Positions 35,314 to 47,620 of a DNA stretch of 64,000 bases are shown piece by piece. The position numbers and the translations under genes were made by a program. The stretch covers positions 7,760,721 through 7,824,720 of the forward strand of contig MU058423.1 of NCBI GenBank assembly GCA_013265495.1. Reading direction: 5' to 3'. How positions within the stretch are numbered: position 1 is the first letter of the stretch; each line of letters starts with the position of its first letter. Under the pieces are notes generated by a model. It did no database searches. It saw nothing but the letters and a program-made list of their open reading frames with translations, and was not told the origin of the DNA. This DNA comes from Vicugna vicugna. Lineage: Eukaryota.

Positions 35314-37754
35314 AGATTAAAAAGCAGTGTCATCATTCAGAACATACTGCTGAATAATCCAAAATTAATTAAACTGTTAAACATTTAAATTACTATTCTA
35401 CAAAGAAATTTCCCAATCTCTTCTTACAGTCAAATGTGTTTTTTTATCTGGAGTCCATGAATATATGTATATACAACTACAATGCCTTTGCTTTAGACCA
35501 CTTGAAAACTCTTTTATTGTTTGACAACTACAACAGATTGAAGACTGAAAGAAGTTCCATGCAGGCTCTCACTCTTCAGCTAAACTACACAGCACTAAAT
35601 TCTGCTACTTGATCCCTGCTTCAGTATATTCTCACCTTTGAGCAATTTCTGGCATCACAGTATTATTAGAAGTGATACCTCTGGTGGGACAGGTATAAAG
35701 TAAGAGCTAACTCAATTCTATTGAAATAGTACTCTAAAACCTGGGTAGTTAAGAATGGAGAACTGGCCAGGTGAAATCCTAAACTTGTGACCCAGTCCAG
35801 TTTAACAATGATTTTTGTATGCCAGGCACTGCCATCCAAGAAACAATATTGAGGTATCAGTGCATTACCAAGTGGTATAGAACACAGTCATTATTCTCAA
35901 TTATGCACACAGGGTACCAGAGGAGTCTGATATTTAAACAGATGATTTCAAAAACAGTGGGATAAATCCTAAAAAGCTGGGTGTGGCAGCATGCTGCGCG
36001 AGCAAATGATGAAAAACACAATTCAAACAAAAGCATCAAGAGGGGGCAGACCTGACAGATGACTAAGAGCTGTTAGATGTCAGTTCACTATGGTATGTAA
36101 TGAGCAGTTTATTTAATTATTTATGTGTGTCTCAATTTTTTCTGAAAAGGAAAGAACATCATAAATGTACAGCTTACTTGGAAAATATTAACAAAAAATA
36201 ATTGGAATTCTTTATGAGGGTCTCACTGTAAATATTTAGTTTTCCATGTTTAATTTTTAGTTTTGCCTCAAGTATAGTTTTAATTAATTCAATATACAAG
36301 GAATTTATTTGTATAGATATCCATAATGGGTTCTGTGAGCAATGTCTAGATTTATTAATGTTTTGGTCTTTCCTAGTCCCTTTTATTTTATATTTATTCA
36401 TCCAATTCATTTCTTCTCCTGAAATGTTTAAATCGTTTTATTTAAGTGCTAAATTTTCAGAAGATCTCCATTCCTAACGGTGATGTAAGTTACTGCTTTC
36501 TATTGCTACTTAATGGTCTTGGAGCATCAGTATTTTTGACAGTTGACTAGTGGGTATTGATCTTTTTTTAATGTAAGATTTTTAGGATTAAGGATTGAAT
36601 TTGTAACCTCTGGATGCCAATAGCTGTCCTGTCACCATCTCCTTCACCTGAGTACCCCAAATGTCAGTGTCAACTGTCAGTGAAAAACAATGTCAGCTAT
36701 AAAGTGGCAGTTCGGTCATTTATAGTCTACATCACAAACAGCAAAAATAATGCCAAACATCCCATTCATAAGCTAAGGTTATATAAAGTTCATGTCTTTT
36801 ATTTCAGTCCAGGCTTTAAAAATCTTCTGTTGATTGGCAATAGTAATACTCTTTTTCCAGGAAGTGAAATTCTTCTTTAAAATTCTTGACTTCTTCTCTG
36901 CAGGGGGAGTTTAAGTCCCAAATTATTTAATGCAGAATTAGTAACCTCAAACTTTGCTGATCCAGCTTCCTCTTAACCTTTCAATTAAAGTGTCTGATGT
37001 GGAAAATCAATAGCTGCAGTTACATAATCTGTAGCCTTTCATGAGAGGGAAGATGGTGCAATTATGACTAAGCCAGATACATAATTATTTCTTTATATCC
37101 TAACTAAAGTTAGAAAGCTAAACTTGGAATACTGCTTTAAAAATTGCCTTGCTCCTTAAACACTTTCAAGACTGTTCAAATCAGAAGGCTTTCCTACTAA
37201 TTAATCTTTAGATTGGCATTATAATGTGTTAGGAGGGAGAAGGTAGAATCTTCAGTGGAATCTTTGCTTTGAAAATTCATACTTTTTATAGTCAGTGGTA
37301 GGGAAAGCTTTAAAGAAAATAAATGAAAGTGAAATTTTACTTTGTAGCTTCTTTACTTCTTTTAGTTTCAGTTCCTTCCCCGTGTTTTTGGAAGGCTAGT
37401 TCTGGATTCCACTTTCTCAAAGCTACTGCTCCCCAATAGCTTACAATTAGTCCCTTTTAGAGTTTAACTTACAATGACTTTCTAAAAGGAACTTTCATAT
37501 TAACAAATCTTGAAGATGTGATAAATACATAATGGAGGAAATCTGGATTATTATGTAAGGTCATAGATAAGAGTTTGTGGGTAAAAGGTAGCATCTAGAT
37601 TTTCTTTAAATTACACCAAATCAGAAAATACAAGGTTTGCTGTATCTCAGTTATACAGCTCTTTCTCAGTGTAGGCATCCCCATAGCTTTCTCAACTTCT
37701 GCCCTAAATCCCTTTAGCTAACAGATTCAGTCTTACCGCATTGCTTCAGTAAAA

Positions 37755-37924
37755 AGTGTCAACTGTAAATTCAGATACGGGTTCACATCCCAGGTCCTCC
37801 ATTAAGAAACTCTGTCTTCGGGTGGTTTGTTTTACGTAACTCTACACTTCAACTTCCTCATCTTCAAAGTAGGGATAACTGTAAAATTTACTTTATAGGG
37901 TTGCTGTAAAGATTAAATGAATGG
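37755..37924 (+). mobile_element. MIR SINE
   Basis: 'gggttcacatcccaggtcc...cttcctcatcttcaaagtagggataac...atagggttgctgtaaagattaaatga'. Confidence 0.8.
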
Positions 37925-38292
37925 TAACTTGGGCTCAAACTTGCTGAAGACCCTCTGAGAAGCCAAGCTGAATGCACTTCAATCTGCTTACATAAGGGAT
38001 GGAGACAGGAGTAGTTATCCTCTGGCTTAGGTCTCCCATTGGTTAATATTGGCAGTGTTAAACCTGTGTTTCCAGATTTGCATATACGTAAGTCCAAATG
38101 TCTGAGTGGGTTCCCATAGGCATTTCAAAAGATAGCAGAGAAGCACCAAGGCAGGAAAATCGTAAAAGTCAAGTGATGCAGCCAAGAAAATGTGCTGCCA
38201 GGTTCTATGTGCACAGCCTACTGCCAGAGCAATAACTAGAATAAATATGTGAGCCAAGAGAATTCCAAGCAGAACCAAGAGGTGTTCAATAA
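37925..38292 (-). mobile_element. LTR16-family (ERVL) LTR
   Basis: 'ctcccattggtta...tgttaaac...gagtgggttcccatagg...gcagagaagcaccaaggcagga...agcaataactagaataaa...caagaggtgttcaata' resembles antisense LTR16. Confidence 0.7.
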
Positions 38293-40229
38293 CCTCCCTT
38301 TCTCTCCTAGCTGACGGGCCTGTCATGCCTCACTGCCAAAGCTTCACTACTTGTGATATTTTTAATATTAATAGCATGCATTCAGTAAGAAAATAACAAT
38401 ATAACCTGAACCTTTAAATAAAATATCTTGTAAAATTATCTATTTAAGTAAGGTTAGAGATTCAAAATATGGGAGAGAGCAAGGAAACAATCTGAAATCA
38501 CTCAATTTTAGAGTAGTGTGTAGTAGTCTCAAATAAATCTCTAGAATCAAAGTAAAGTCCTCCCTCAGCAACTCATACTGCTGGTTTTGTGTTGGCTCTT
38601 TAATCTGATTTAGCCAAGATTATTTTCTCCTCTCTAAGAATTGGGCAAGTACATGTTTTGTGTGTGTGTGTGTTTGTTTTGCATTAGCTACTCAAAACAG
38701 TAACTGTGTCTGTATCTCATCACTCACTGTCTTCTTACAATAAGGGTTCAATTAGTGTTTGGTGCCACCTGACAACCCTGCAGGACTGTTGTGAGGTTAA
38801 AACTGGGTAACACGTGTAAAAGTAAAAGCCCGGAACATGTTAATGTCACTTCTTTCTGTTCGTTGTATTATAGTTAAGGAGGCAGACAGGTCAGAGGAGT
38901 CCTTAAAGTAAATCCTTTTCCTCCCTACCAAGGGCAAGTAACACATCCACACAATTCCAGTCATTTATGTGTTTTACTACAGAGCCTGAATTTGCCACGA
39001 GACCTCAGCTCACAGTTCCAGATTTGAGTGTTGGTCTTCCGGTATTGACTCTCCTGGGTTACTTTTTTCCTCCATTTAAATTAAAAATCCCATTCTAATA
39101 TTGTACTACCCTTTCCTCCTATATTCTATTGCTATTTACCAAATATAACCTTATATATTTTAAGCTGCAGGAGATTATGCCTTTGCCCTGCCAGATATTT
39201 GCTTCTGTTTTGTTCAAAGAATACCCACTGAGTTCCTGAGTAAATCATTGACTAGATTTATAATGCCTCTACTCACAGGGAAGCTATGCATGAAATAATG
39301 AGATTCATAAAATATTGCCATTATGAGTTGCTATGGCATTGTGCTGTTTTCTTTTCAAATATTTTAATACCACAATGCCAGTAACTCTATAACGTGAACA
39401 TTCTTTCTAGACTGTGCCTGGAAAAAAATGCTCACTAGAATTCTAAGTTCTGAGTCTTAGTTCTTACTAATTGCTCCATATCAGAAGCTTTAAATATAGC
39501 AGTTATGTAACGTGGAAATTGGGGAGATTTCTGTCAGAGATTTAGACATAACCTCACTCCTGTATCAAAAAGAATTTTAAAGTACTAATTTTGCATTGTG
39601 CTATTTCAGGGTTTCTACAAAGAGAATTATTTAAATACGGTCCCAAACCCTCCAGACTTTACAATCTAAGAAAACACTGGCAAGACAAAACATTAAAAAA
39701 CATGTAAAATGCTTATCAGAGAAGAAAGCTAGAAAGTGACACAGTTGACCATGATTTTTAGTTTAGTTCATAAATTTGTTGATAAATTGTTAAGGACAAA
39801 GTGTTAAATTTATACTGTTTACAGTCCATTCAGAATGTAGTTTTACATTTCAGGCGCTCAATAAGCTGCGGAGTTGAAGCTTCTTTTGGCTGAGGGATAA
39901 GATAAAAAAACAATGCTATGCAACAAAATCAGACACGGTCTTTCTCAAAAAATGCTATTCTCTCATGGTGCAAAGAACCTGGTCACTGATGGTAGTATCA
40001 CTGGAAGTCAAGTGAGTGAGTCTAGCTGTCAGACTTTCCAATGACAGAAGTAGATTTCCGTTTCTTCTGTTAAAAGCTTAGCTTTTGACAAGAGTACTGT
40101 GTAATCACCATCTTAGGATAAGAGATTCATTCTTGCTCAAGTTTGTGGGACCTGGAAAATGTGAGGTTTTCCATGGTTTTATCGTCTTCTTTTAAAATAT
40201 GGCAGGAATCCCTTATAATTATGGAAAGA

Positions 40230-40380
40230 TTATTAGGCTAGAACCAAAGGATTCTATGTCCTAGACCCAGCTTTCCATTTACTATTCTTTTTCACTATGC
40301 AAAACTATTTAACTTCATCAGGCCTCAGTTTTCTTAGATGCATAATGAAGGCACTAAAACAGATTACCTCTTCAATGATC
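40230..40380 (+). mobile_element. MIR/MIR3 SINE
   Basis: 'ctatttaacttcatcaggcctcagttttcttagatgcataatgaaggcactaaaacagat'. Confidence 0.7.
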
Positions 40381-41923
40381 TACTTGGTAATATAAAACAC
40401 ATGAGATAAAATACGAGTATACTTACTAGGCAACGCACAGTCGGAAATATTGAAACCCATCATTTGTATCCCGATTTGAATTTTCTCGATTGCTAGGCTT
40501 TTAATTAAACTTAGGTTCATGTCATTTATAAATGTATATTTGTTTCAATTTAAAAATTTAGCAAGGACATAGAAATAAGATGTATTTAGCACAGAAGTAA
40601 GAGGAACTGTGGCTATAAAAGTCATTTCCCCAAGAGAGCTTAAACCCTGTTTTCTGTGGAATTAATTTACCAGTCAAAGAATCACCTAAAATTTACAGGG
40701 AGAAGAGAGCTATACCTCCCTGGGCTCCTTAAGGAAAAGGCATTCTAAATTCAGCTCTATTCCTACGCTACTTAGAAAATGGAAGATATGTGGGAATACG
40801 AGTTTTCCCTTCATCCTTAACTGGTTACTACTGACTTAACCAGACAGTGAAGGGAAAAGAAGCCCATATAGAGTTAATATGATGAGAACAGGTCATTCCC
40901 TGGTTGCAGTGCTGAGAACTGTGGTCCTCCGCTCCAAGTCAGAGGCAGATTATTTTTGGTTTTGAATTATTCATTAAACCTTAAAGGTAACTTTCAGACA
41001 ACAGATCTCACAGATCCTGACTGCTGCCAGTAACTTATCTTCAAAACACTCACTGCAGCTATGATTTCAGCTATTAGTGGCCAATCACAACTCTGAAAGC
41101 CAGTGATCACAGTTTTTACCGTGCCTCCCCCTTGTGATGCAGTCAGTCACATTTTCAGATGCTTTATTTACTCCCTGGAAACAGGTTATTAGCTTGATGA
41201 TCGCTCCCCACTGAGAAATTTGTAACTTTCTTAAATCTGTAGGGGAACCCTTACAGAGCAAATTGGAGGTTTCCCCCAAGAAGTAAATAGATCTAAAGTG
41301 AAATAACTCTTTTAGCAATGTAACACCTGCAGGAGTTAACAGTTTTCCCTACCCAGTCTGGATACAGTGTATTAAATTACATTTGGCTGGAGTCCATCAT
41401 TGAGTGTATATTAAGTGATATTTCTATTCAGCGGCTGCTTTTAATGAGATTGTGATGTTCCAGTAAATTTAGTTGGAGTCATTTGAAGTCCATCACAATC
41501 CAGTGAATGTTTGGTTGCCTTCAAATTACTCTCAGTATTTAAAAACTAGGGGGGCTGTCTGGCTCCTCGGTTGCATTTGAGTGTTGCAATATGGAAGGAG
41601 ACCTGGCCTGGTGACTGGAAGAATGTACACAAAGTGTAAAATTAGCTGAACGAAGGCTTACTAGGGAAAAACAAAAACTCTGAAATATGCAAAATACCTG
41701 ATGTGACGTGTGCACACTCATCAAATCCCTTGTTGCCACAACCTCACTACCAAAACTGTTTTGGAAATTACTGGAAGGGTTCGTTTTATCTTACCACAGC
41801 ACAAGAATTTTTAACAAATACCTCCTCAGGCCTCCTCACTTTTTACATACTTTTACATTTAAAAACTACAAGTTTTGTCTGTGTCCAGCACAGGCCGACA
41901 GTGAGTTATTGCAGTGTTGTCTG

Positions 41924-41955
41924 GGTGGTCGTGGTGGTGGTGGTGGCGGTGGTGT
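41924..41955. repeat. Imperfect (GGT)n microsatellite
   Basis: 'ggtggtcgtggtggtggtggtggcggtggtg'. Confidence 0.9.
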
Positions 41956-43060
41956 TTGGGGAGACTGTGGAGAGCAGAGTTAAACAAATGGGAGAAGCAT
42001 TCATAACAACAGCTGTATTTTTCCTGGATGGCTGATTTCTAAAATTGTAAGTTATTTTCTGGGATGGGGGGGAGGAGTTACTTGCCTTGAATTGTCTGCC
42101 ATCAAGTTTCAATTTTCCAAAAAAGGAAATCTCTTTGGAAAAGAGTCATTTGTCATCACTGAATTGCATTGCTGGCCAACAGCTTTTGGCAATTCTGTTC
42201 ACAGCTTAGTGTTATACAGCTTTCATATATGTATCAACCATTTATTCAAGCGCTAAAACAGATTTAGCTCTCCTCCACATATTAAAGGATAAGCAATATA
42301 TTCCAAGTTACTTAAAAATTAGAAATTGAAAACTCATTCTCTTCCTCTTTCTCAAGAACTGTAGGCCAGCAGCATCTTTAGAAATGAAGGATGGAATGTC
42401 CCTTTCTTCTCTCTATGTCCCTGCTAAATGTTATAAATAACTTCTGACTGGTTCTTAAAATAAAGTCAAGATTTTCTTCTACTGCTTGACATGATTCGTT
42501 TTGATGCTCTGCTACAATCTACTCAGGCCACATCCTCTCCAGTATCCAAAGTTTTTTTTTAATTTCCTCTATTTCTGTTTTGATGATCCTAGACAGTTCC
42601 TTCAGGTACGTGTGTGATGGTGGACTATACAATATGAAGAACTGTAACTTGGCAAACTATAATGACGATGGATTCAACAGAAATACTGCACAATTGCCCA
42701 TATTCTCTAGTGAATAGTAGTTGTTACAGAAAGGGAAATGTTTGAAAAAATCTGATTTTAGTGAAATAAAGGAGATAACCTGTTCTTGTATCCAGAGCCC
42801 TCCAGCAAAGGAATTTAAATCCAGAAAAATAGAGCAAAGTACAGCTATGTCTACAGTATATTGATAAGTGAAACACAATCATATATATATATCATAATCA
42901 GAGAATCACTTAAATAATAAATAGAAATAATTTATTATGATATGTAAGAATTAGTATTCTGAAAAACTTACCCATTAAAACTACATATATTTTTTGTTTC
43001 AATGAGTTTTTCATATACTAAATTCCCTTAGGAAGAACATGTATAAAAATACATAAGACT

Positions 43061-43250
43061 GTATATAAAACAGATAAACAAGGACCTACTGTATAACACA
43101 GGGGACTATATTCAATATCTTGTAATAACCTGTAATGGAAAAAATCTGAAAAAGAATGCATATATATATGTGTGTGTATAACTGAATCACTTTGCTGTAA
43201 CCTGAAACTAACACAACACTGTAAATCAACTATACTTCAATAGAAAAAAA
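43061..43250 (+). mobile_element. Short 5'-truncated artiodactyl L1 3' end with TSD
   Basis: 'aaggacctactgtataacacaggggactatattcaatatcttgtaataac...aactgaatcactttgctgta..ctgaaactaacacaacactgtaaatcaactatacttcaat'. Flanks aaaaatacataagactgta / aaaaatacaaaactgta. Confidence 0.9.
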
Positions 43251-43974
43251 TACAAAACTGTAAATTCACAAAATAATTTAAGAATTGTTTTTCTTTGATA
43301 AATAGCAAAAGAAAACTATATTTTGTTTAGACTTTGAAGAGTTAGCATCATCAGCCTGGTCAACTCAGTGGTTAATATTATGCACTGACTACAATCCCTG
43401 CCTATCCTTGGCCTCACGCTCTTTAGCTCCATGACTATGACTACAGCAACCCCCATTTCCAATCTGTTTCAGCCATATTAAACCTATTCTGTCAAGCAAA
43501 ACCTGTGTACATCCAGGGCTTATCACAGTGGCATCTATTTGACACTTAAATATTTTTGAAGGAATGAAACCCTTCTGAACAGAGTTTTTCATCCTCTCAT
43601 ACAAATTAACCCTGTCTTGGTCCTTCTTGTGAAGTCCAGACCTTTGATTATTTCCTGTGCTTCCAATTAGCTAGCTGTTCTCTTCTATGGCTTCTCTTTT
43701 TTTCCACCCCAGATTGGACTCCAGTATCAGTCATTGCAAATATATTTTAAATCTCATCTTAGAATTATCTTTCCCTCTGTTCTTTGCAATATTTTCTTTG
43801 CAATTCCTGGAATTCTCTACTACTATGTTCGCTCTCCTAAGGCTGCCAAATTCTTCTGGAAAAAGTCACAAAACCAGACTAAACACTACACTAATGAGCC
43901 ATACTATCTAAGTGAATCACCATGGCTACTGAGAAATCCCTTATGACCTCAAGTTTTCAACCTACCCACCTTTA

Positions 43975-44190
43975 GAAACAGACTCTTAATAGATTTGATT
44001 CACTGACCTACTTTTCAATAAGAACCCTGAACAAGTTGTGTTTTCTAAAGCTTCTTTTTCCTATGTTTAAAATCAGAGTATGTATGCTATATACACCACA
44101 GAGCTGTTAGAAAGATTAAATGAGTTAGTACATGTAAACCATTAAACAGTTTCTGGCAAACAGCAACCTTTAGGTAAATACTAATTTTTT
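43975..44190 (+). mobile_element. MIR SINE
   Basis: 'cagagctgttagaaagattaaatgagttagtacatgtaaa'. Confidence 0.75.
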
Positions 44191-44449
44191 CTCATTGATT
44201 ATGGCAATTAGGATGGGTTTCCCTAACATAGCAATTATTACTGGCATTTATACTTCTCTTTTTGTATATCTGATAACACTATAACCTACTTCTGTGTAAC
44301 AATTTCTTTTTGCCAGCACTCTTGACCTCTTTCAAGTCTGAATTCCCTAATTCTAGTTTCATTTTCATGTTCATTCTTTTCCTCTGTACTACTTAGTTCC
44401 TTCCTCTCTAGGTGGCAGACGTGTTCAATTTCTTCATTTCCTCTTTGTG

Positions 44450-45830
44450 ACGCTACTATTTCAAGTTTCTACACCATCTGTCTTCCTACTTTGCTGCCAA
44501 AATTATGGAAATAGAGCATATTTTGATGCCTCCACTTTCTCAGAATTTATTTACTCCTTAAATTCATCTCTTGTGATCATGATTCAATGTGGACCTGTAC
44601 TATTTAGCAGCTTTATTAAATATTGCATTGAAATTATTCTCTCCAAACTACTACTGACCTCCTAATCACCAGTCATGCCCTTCTTCTTGAAATCTCTCCC
44701 TATTTGGCTTCTAGGTCACAATGCCACCATTTTCACCTCTTCTTTCCAAACACTCCTTGGTTATCTCCAGCACTGGGCCCTCTTCTTCCTTCAGTCTTCC
44801 CATGGTAACTTCTCTCATCAAAGATGTGTTTTTAGCCCTCTCTGCAGTCTACTAATTGATTCTAAATATTTTAAACATTTTGACTATGCTCCCTATGCAG
44901 ATGACACCTGAATCTGAAACCCTAACTATGGCCCCAATCCTCAATTCCCAGCTCAAGATTTAAACTGTGTATTGTACTCCCCTACTTTTATTATCTATAG
45001 CATTTTAAATTGTTAGACAGAATCAAACTCATTAATTATATTACTTTTCCATTCATTTTCCTATTTCTGTCAAAGTACCACTACTGTTCCAGTTAAAATC
45101 TAGGAGCTATTTTTTAATGCCCTGATCTCCAATTGCTTCCACAACTAAATATTTATCATGTCTACAAATCACCATATTACTTCTCACATCAATACCTTCC
45201 TCCACTCATAATTCTATTATTCTTGTTCAGGCTTTTATTTTTCCTTTGTGGAACTGTTGCAGTAACTTCCCAGTCTGTTGTCCTGCTTTTAATATGCTTT
45301 CTTATCCATTTTACATTTAGCTGATCTTGTCACTAGCCATCTTGAAAACCTCCAGAGACTCACTTAAGTCCAAACTCTCGTTCCTGTAGCCTGATTCTCT
45401 ACCTAGCTTACTTTTCCAGCTCTATGTATCTATACCCTATATATTTAAGGGCATCCCGTCTCCATGTAGATTGCTTATTCTTTCTTCCCAAATACCTCTC
45501 ACATTTTTCTCCAGTGCTTTCTCTCAGGATTTGTCTCCTTCTGAAATTCTACTTCATCCTATGTGACTGATGAAATTCTATGTATTCTGTAAGATGCCAT
45601 TTAAATATAATTTTCCTGACATCTTCCCTGGTTCTCCCAACTGGTGTGACGACTGCTTATTTAACACGTCCAAAACAATGTAAACCTCTTATAGTGCTGT
45701 TTGACTGTCTTAACTAGTGTTAGTCTAAACCAGTTTATTAAAATAAGAGATTGTATCATATTTATCTTTATATCCCCCATGCCATATAATAGGCTCTGAG
45801 AAATAGTAACAAATTGAATTATTGAAATAG
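44450..45830 (+). mobile_element. L2 LINE, degraded ORF2 to 3' end
   Basis: 'ctatgcagatgacac' (RT YADD motif; ORF 44675..44911 ends YADDT), 'cttcttgaaatctctccc' and tail 'atttatctttatatccccca...ttgaattattgaa'. Confidence 0.75.
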
Positions 45831-46049
45831 ATTTTATATACAGGAATATGGTAAAAGATATTCAGAAGTAAAGGACATAGAGAATTCAAAAATAGAAAAA
45901 TTCATTGCATTTTACATTATTTTTGAAATACGTCTAACAACTTCTTTACGTATAGGCATCTACTTCTAAAAGGAATTTCTAAATTTTCACTAAATCTATA
46001 GTTAGTATTTTAGAATGTCCTCAAAATAGATTCCATTAACCTTCAAACT

Positions 46050-47200
46050 CAACTCATTGTAGCTAGCCACATCCATGACCCACCCTGACTTTGTCATCAC
46101 AAGTCTATTCCATATCTCAATCATAATCTCCAAAATTCAAAGGTATCTTAGGTATCTTTGACCTTACTGAGCTTTTCAATCCACTAACACTTCCATTTTC
46201 TTCCATATTATCAGCTCCTTCCTGGCTTCATCTCCTTCACTAACTAGCTTTGACCCCCTGACTTATCCAAGTCAAATACTTTCTTGCTTTAACACTCAGT
46301 TTGCTTGCTTTGCCATCTTTATCGCACAGCCAAACTGCAACCCATAGAAAGACTTCCCCATGTCACCCAGATCATAAGCTTCTAGGTAAGATCAAACATA
46401 TACACAGACTGGTATCACTATTGATTCAGGACCTTTCTTTCCTCTAATTCCAGGTTTTTTTTTTTTTTTTTTTTTTTTTAGCTCAAGCATAATTTCCTCT
46501 AGGAAAACTTTTCTTATCAAACATGCCCTGGGTTTGCAGGCTGGTTAGGCACCTTTCTTCTATTCCCCAAAAGCAATCTGTGTATCCATTGCATTCATTT
46601 TTTCAGTAAATATTTCCTAAGTCTGTGTCCAGGGACTTGCCTAAATGACAAGATACTCAGGAATGAACAAAGCAGACAAACTTCCTGCCATCCTGAAACT
46701 TACATTCTAGTAAGGGAAATATCAAACATGTAAGCAAATTCATGGGTAATACAATGTCAAGCTATTATAAGTAACAGGAAATAAAACAGAGTAAGGGAAT
46801 ATCCTATTTCAAATAGAGATTTTAAAATTTCTTGTGACAATGATTCAACTTCTATAATACAACCTAAGACTCTAGAGCCATTATGTGGTAAAGAATAGAG
46901 AAGTCCACTCCAAAAAGCTAACTTCAGAACAAAGACTGAAATGAAGTTTAATAAATAAAAAATGTACATATTAAATGTTAATATATATGAATATATTTCT
47001 AAGTTTAAATTATGTGTTTACATATTGAACATATATAAATGTATTTATTCAATCCATATCTTTTGAAAATTCAATTGTTTTTGTATTTTTTTGTACTTAA
47101 AAATTATTCTTAGATAAGAATTACTTCCTTAGGGGAGTCCCTATAGATTAAACTCATAAACAGCATTCATATAAATGCTTTCTGAATGAAGGAAATAAAT
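46050..47200. mobile_element. Interleaved L2 fragments in both orientations, with poly-T at 46455-46479
   Basis: Sense L2-like sequence 46050-46590; antisense tail 'cattcatttttt..gtaaatattt...gaatgaacaaagcagacaaacttcctgcc' 46590-46850; sense tail 'ataaatgctttctgaatgaagga' near 47180. Confidence 0.6.
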
Positions 47201-47434
47201 GCTGAGGATACTCTACTCTCATCACTCAATTTTGTTTTCTTTCTTTTATGAGAAATCCATACTTGCTTTCTTTTATGAGAAATCCATACATTAGTTCCCG
47301 AAATCACTCAGTATTAAATAGACTCAAACAACCAGAAGTCATATTTAAACATCATTCAGAATACATTTAATTACTCATTATAATTACAAAACTTTTAGTA
47401 TTTCATAAGTAAAGCTTCTTTTATTGCATGTATT

Positions 47435-47620
47435 TAGAATCAGTCAAAAATCAAATCCTGGCTCTTCCTCTTAACTTGTTATATGACCTTGGGTGAGTAG
47501 CTTAACCTTATCAAACTTCCTTAGCTTTCTAATCTGTCAAAAGGAGATTATGTAACCCACCTCAGAAGATTTTTATAAAAATTAAATTCAGTAATGTGCT
47601 TGACCAGTAGTAAGCAGAAA
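47435..47620 (+). mobile_element. MIR SINE
   Basis: 'tcaaatcctggctcttcctcttaac..gttatatgaccttgggtgagtagcttaacct'. Confidence 0.8.
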
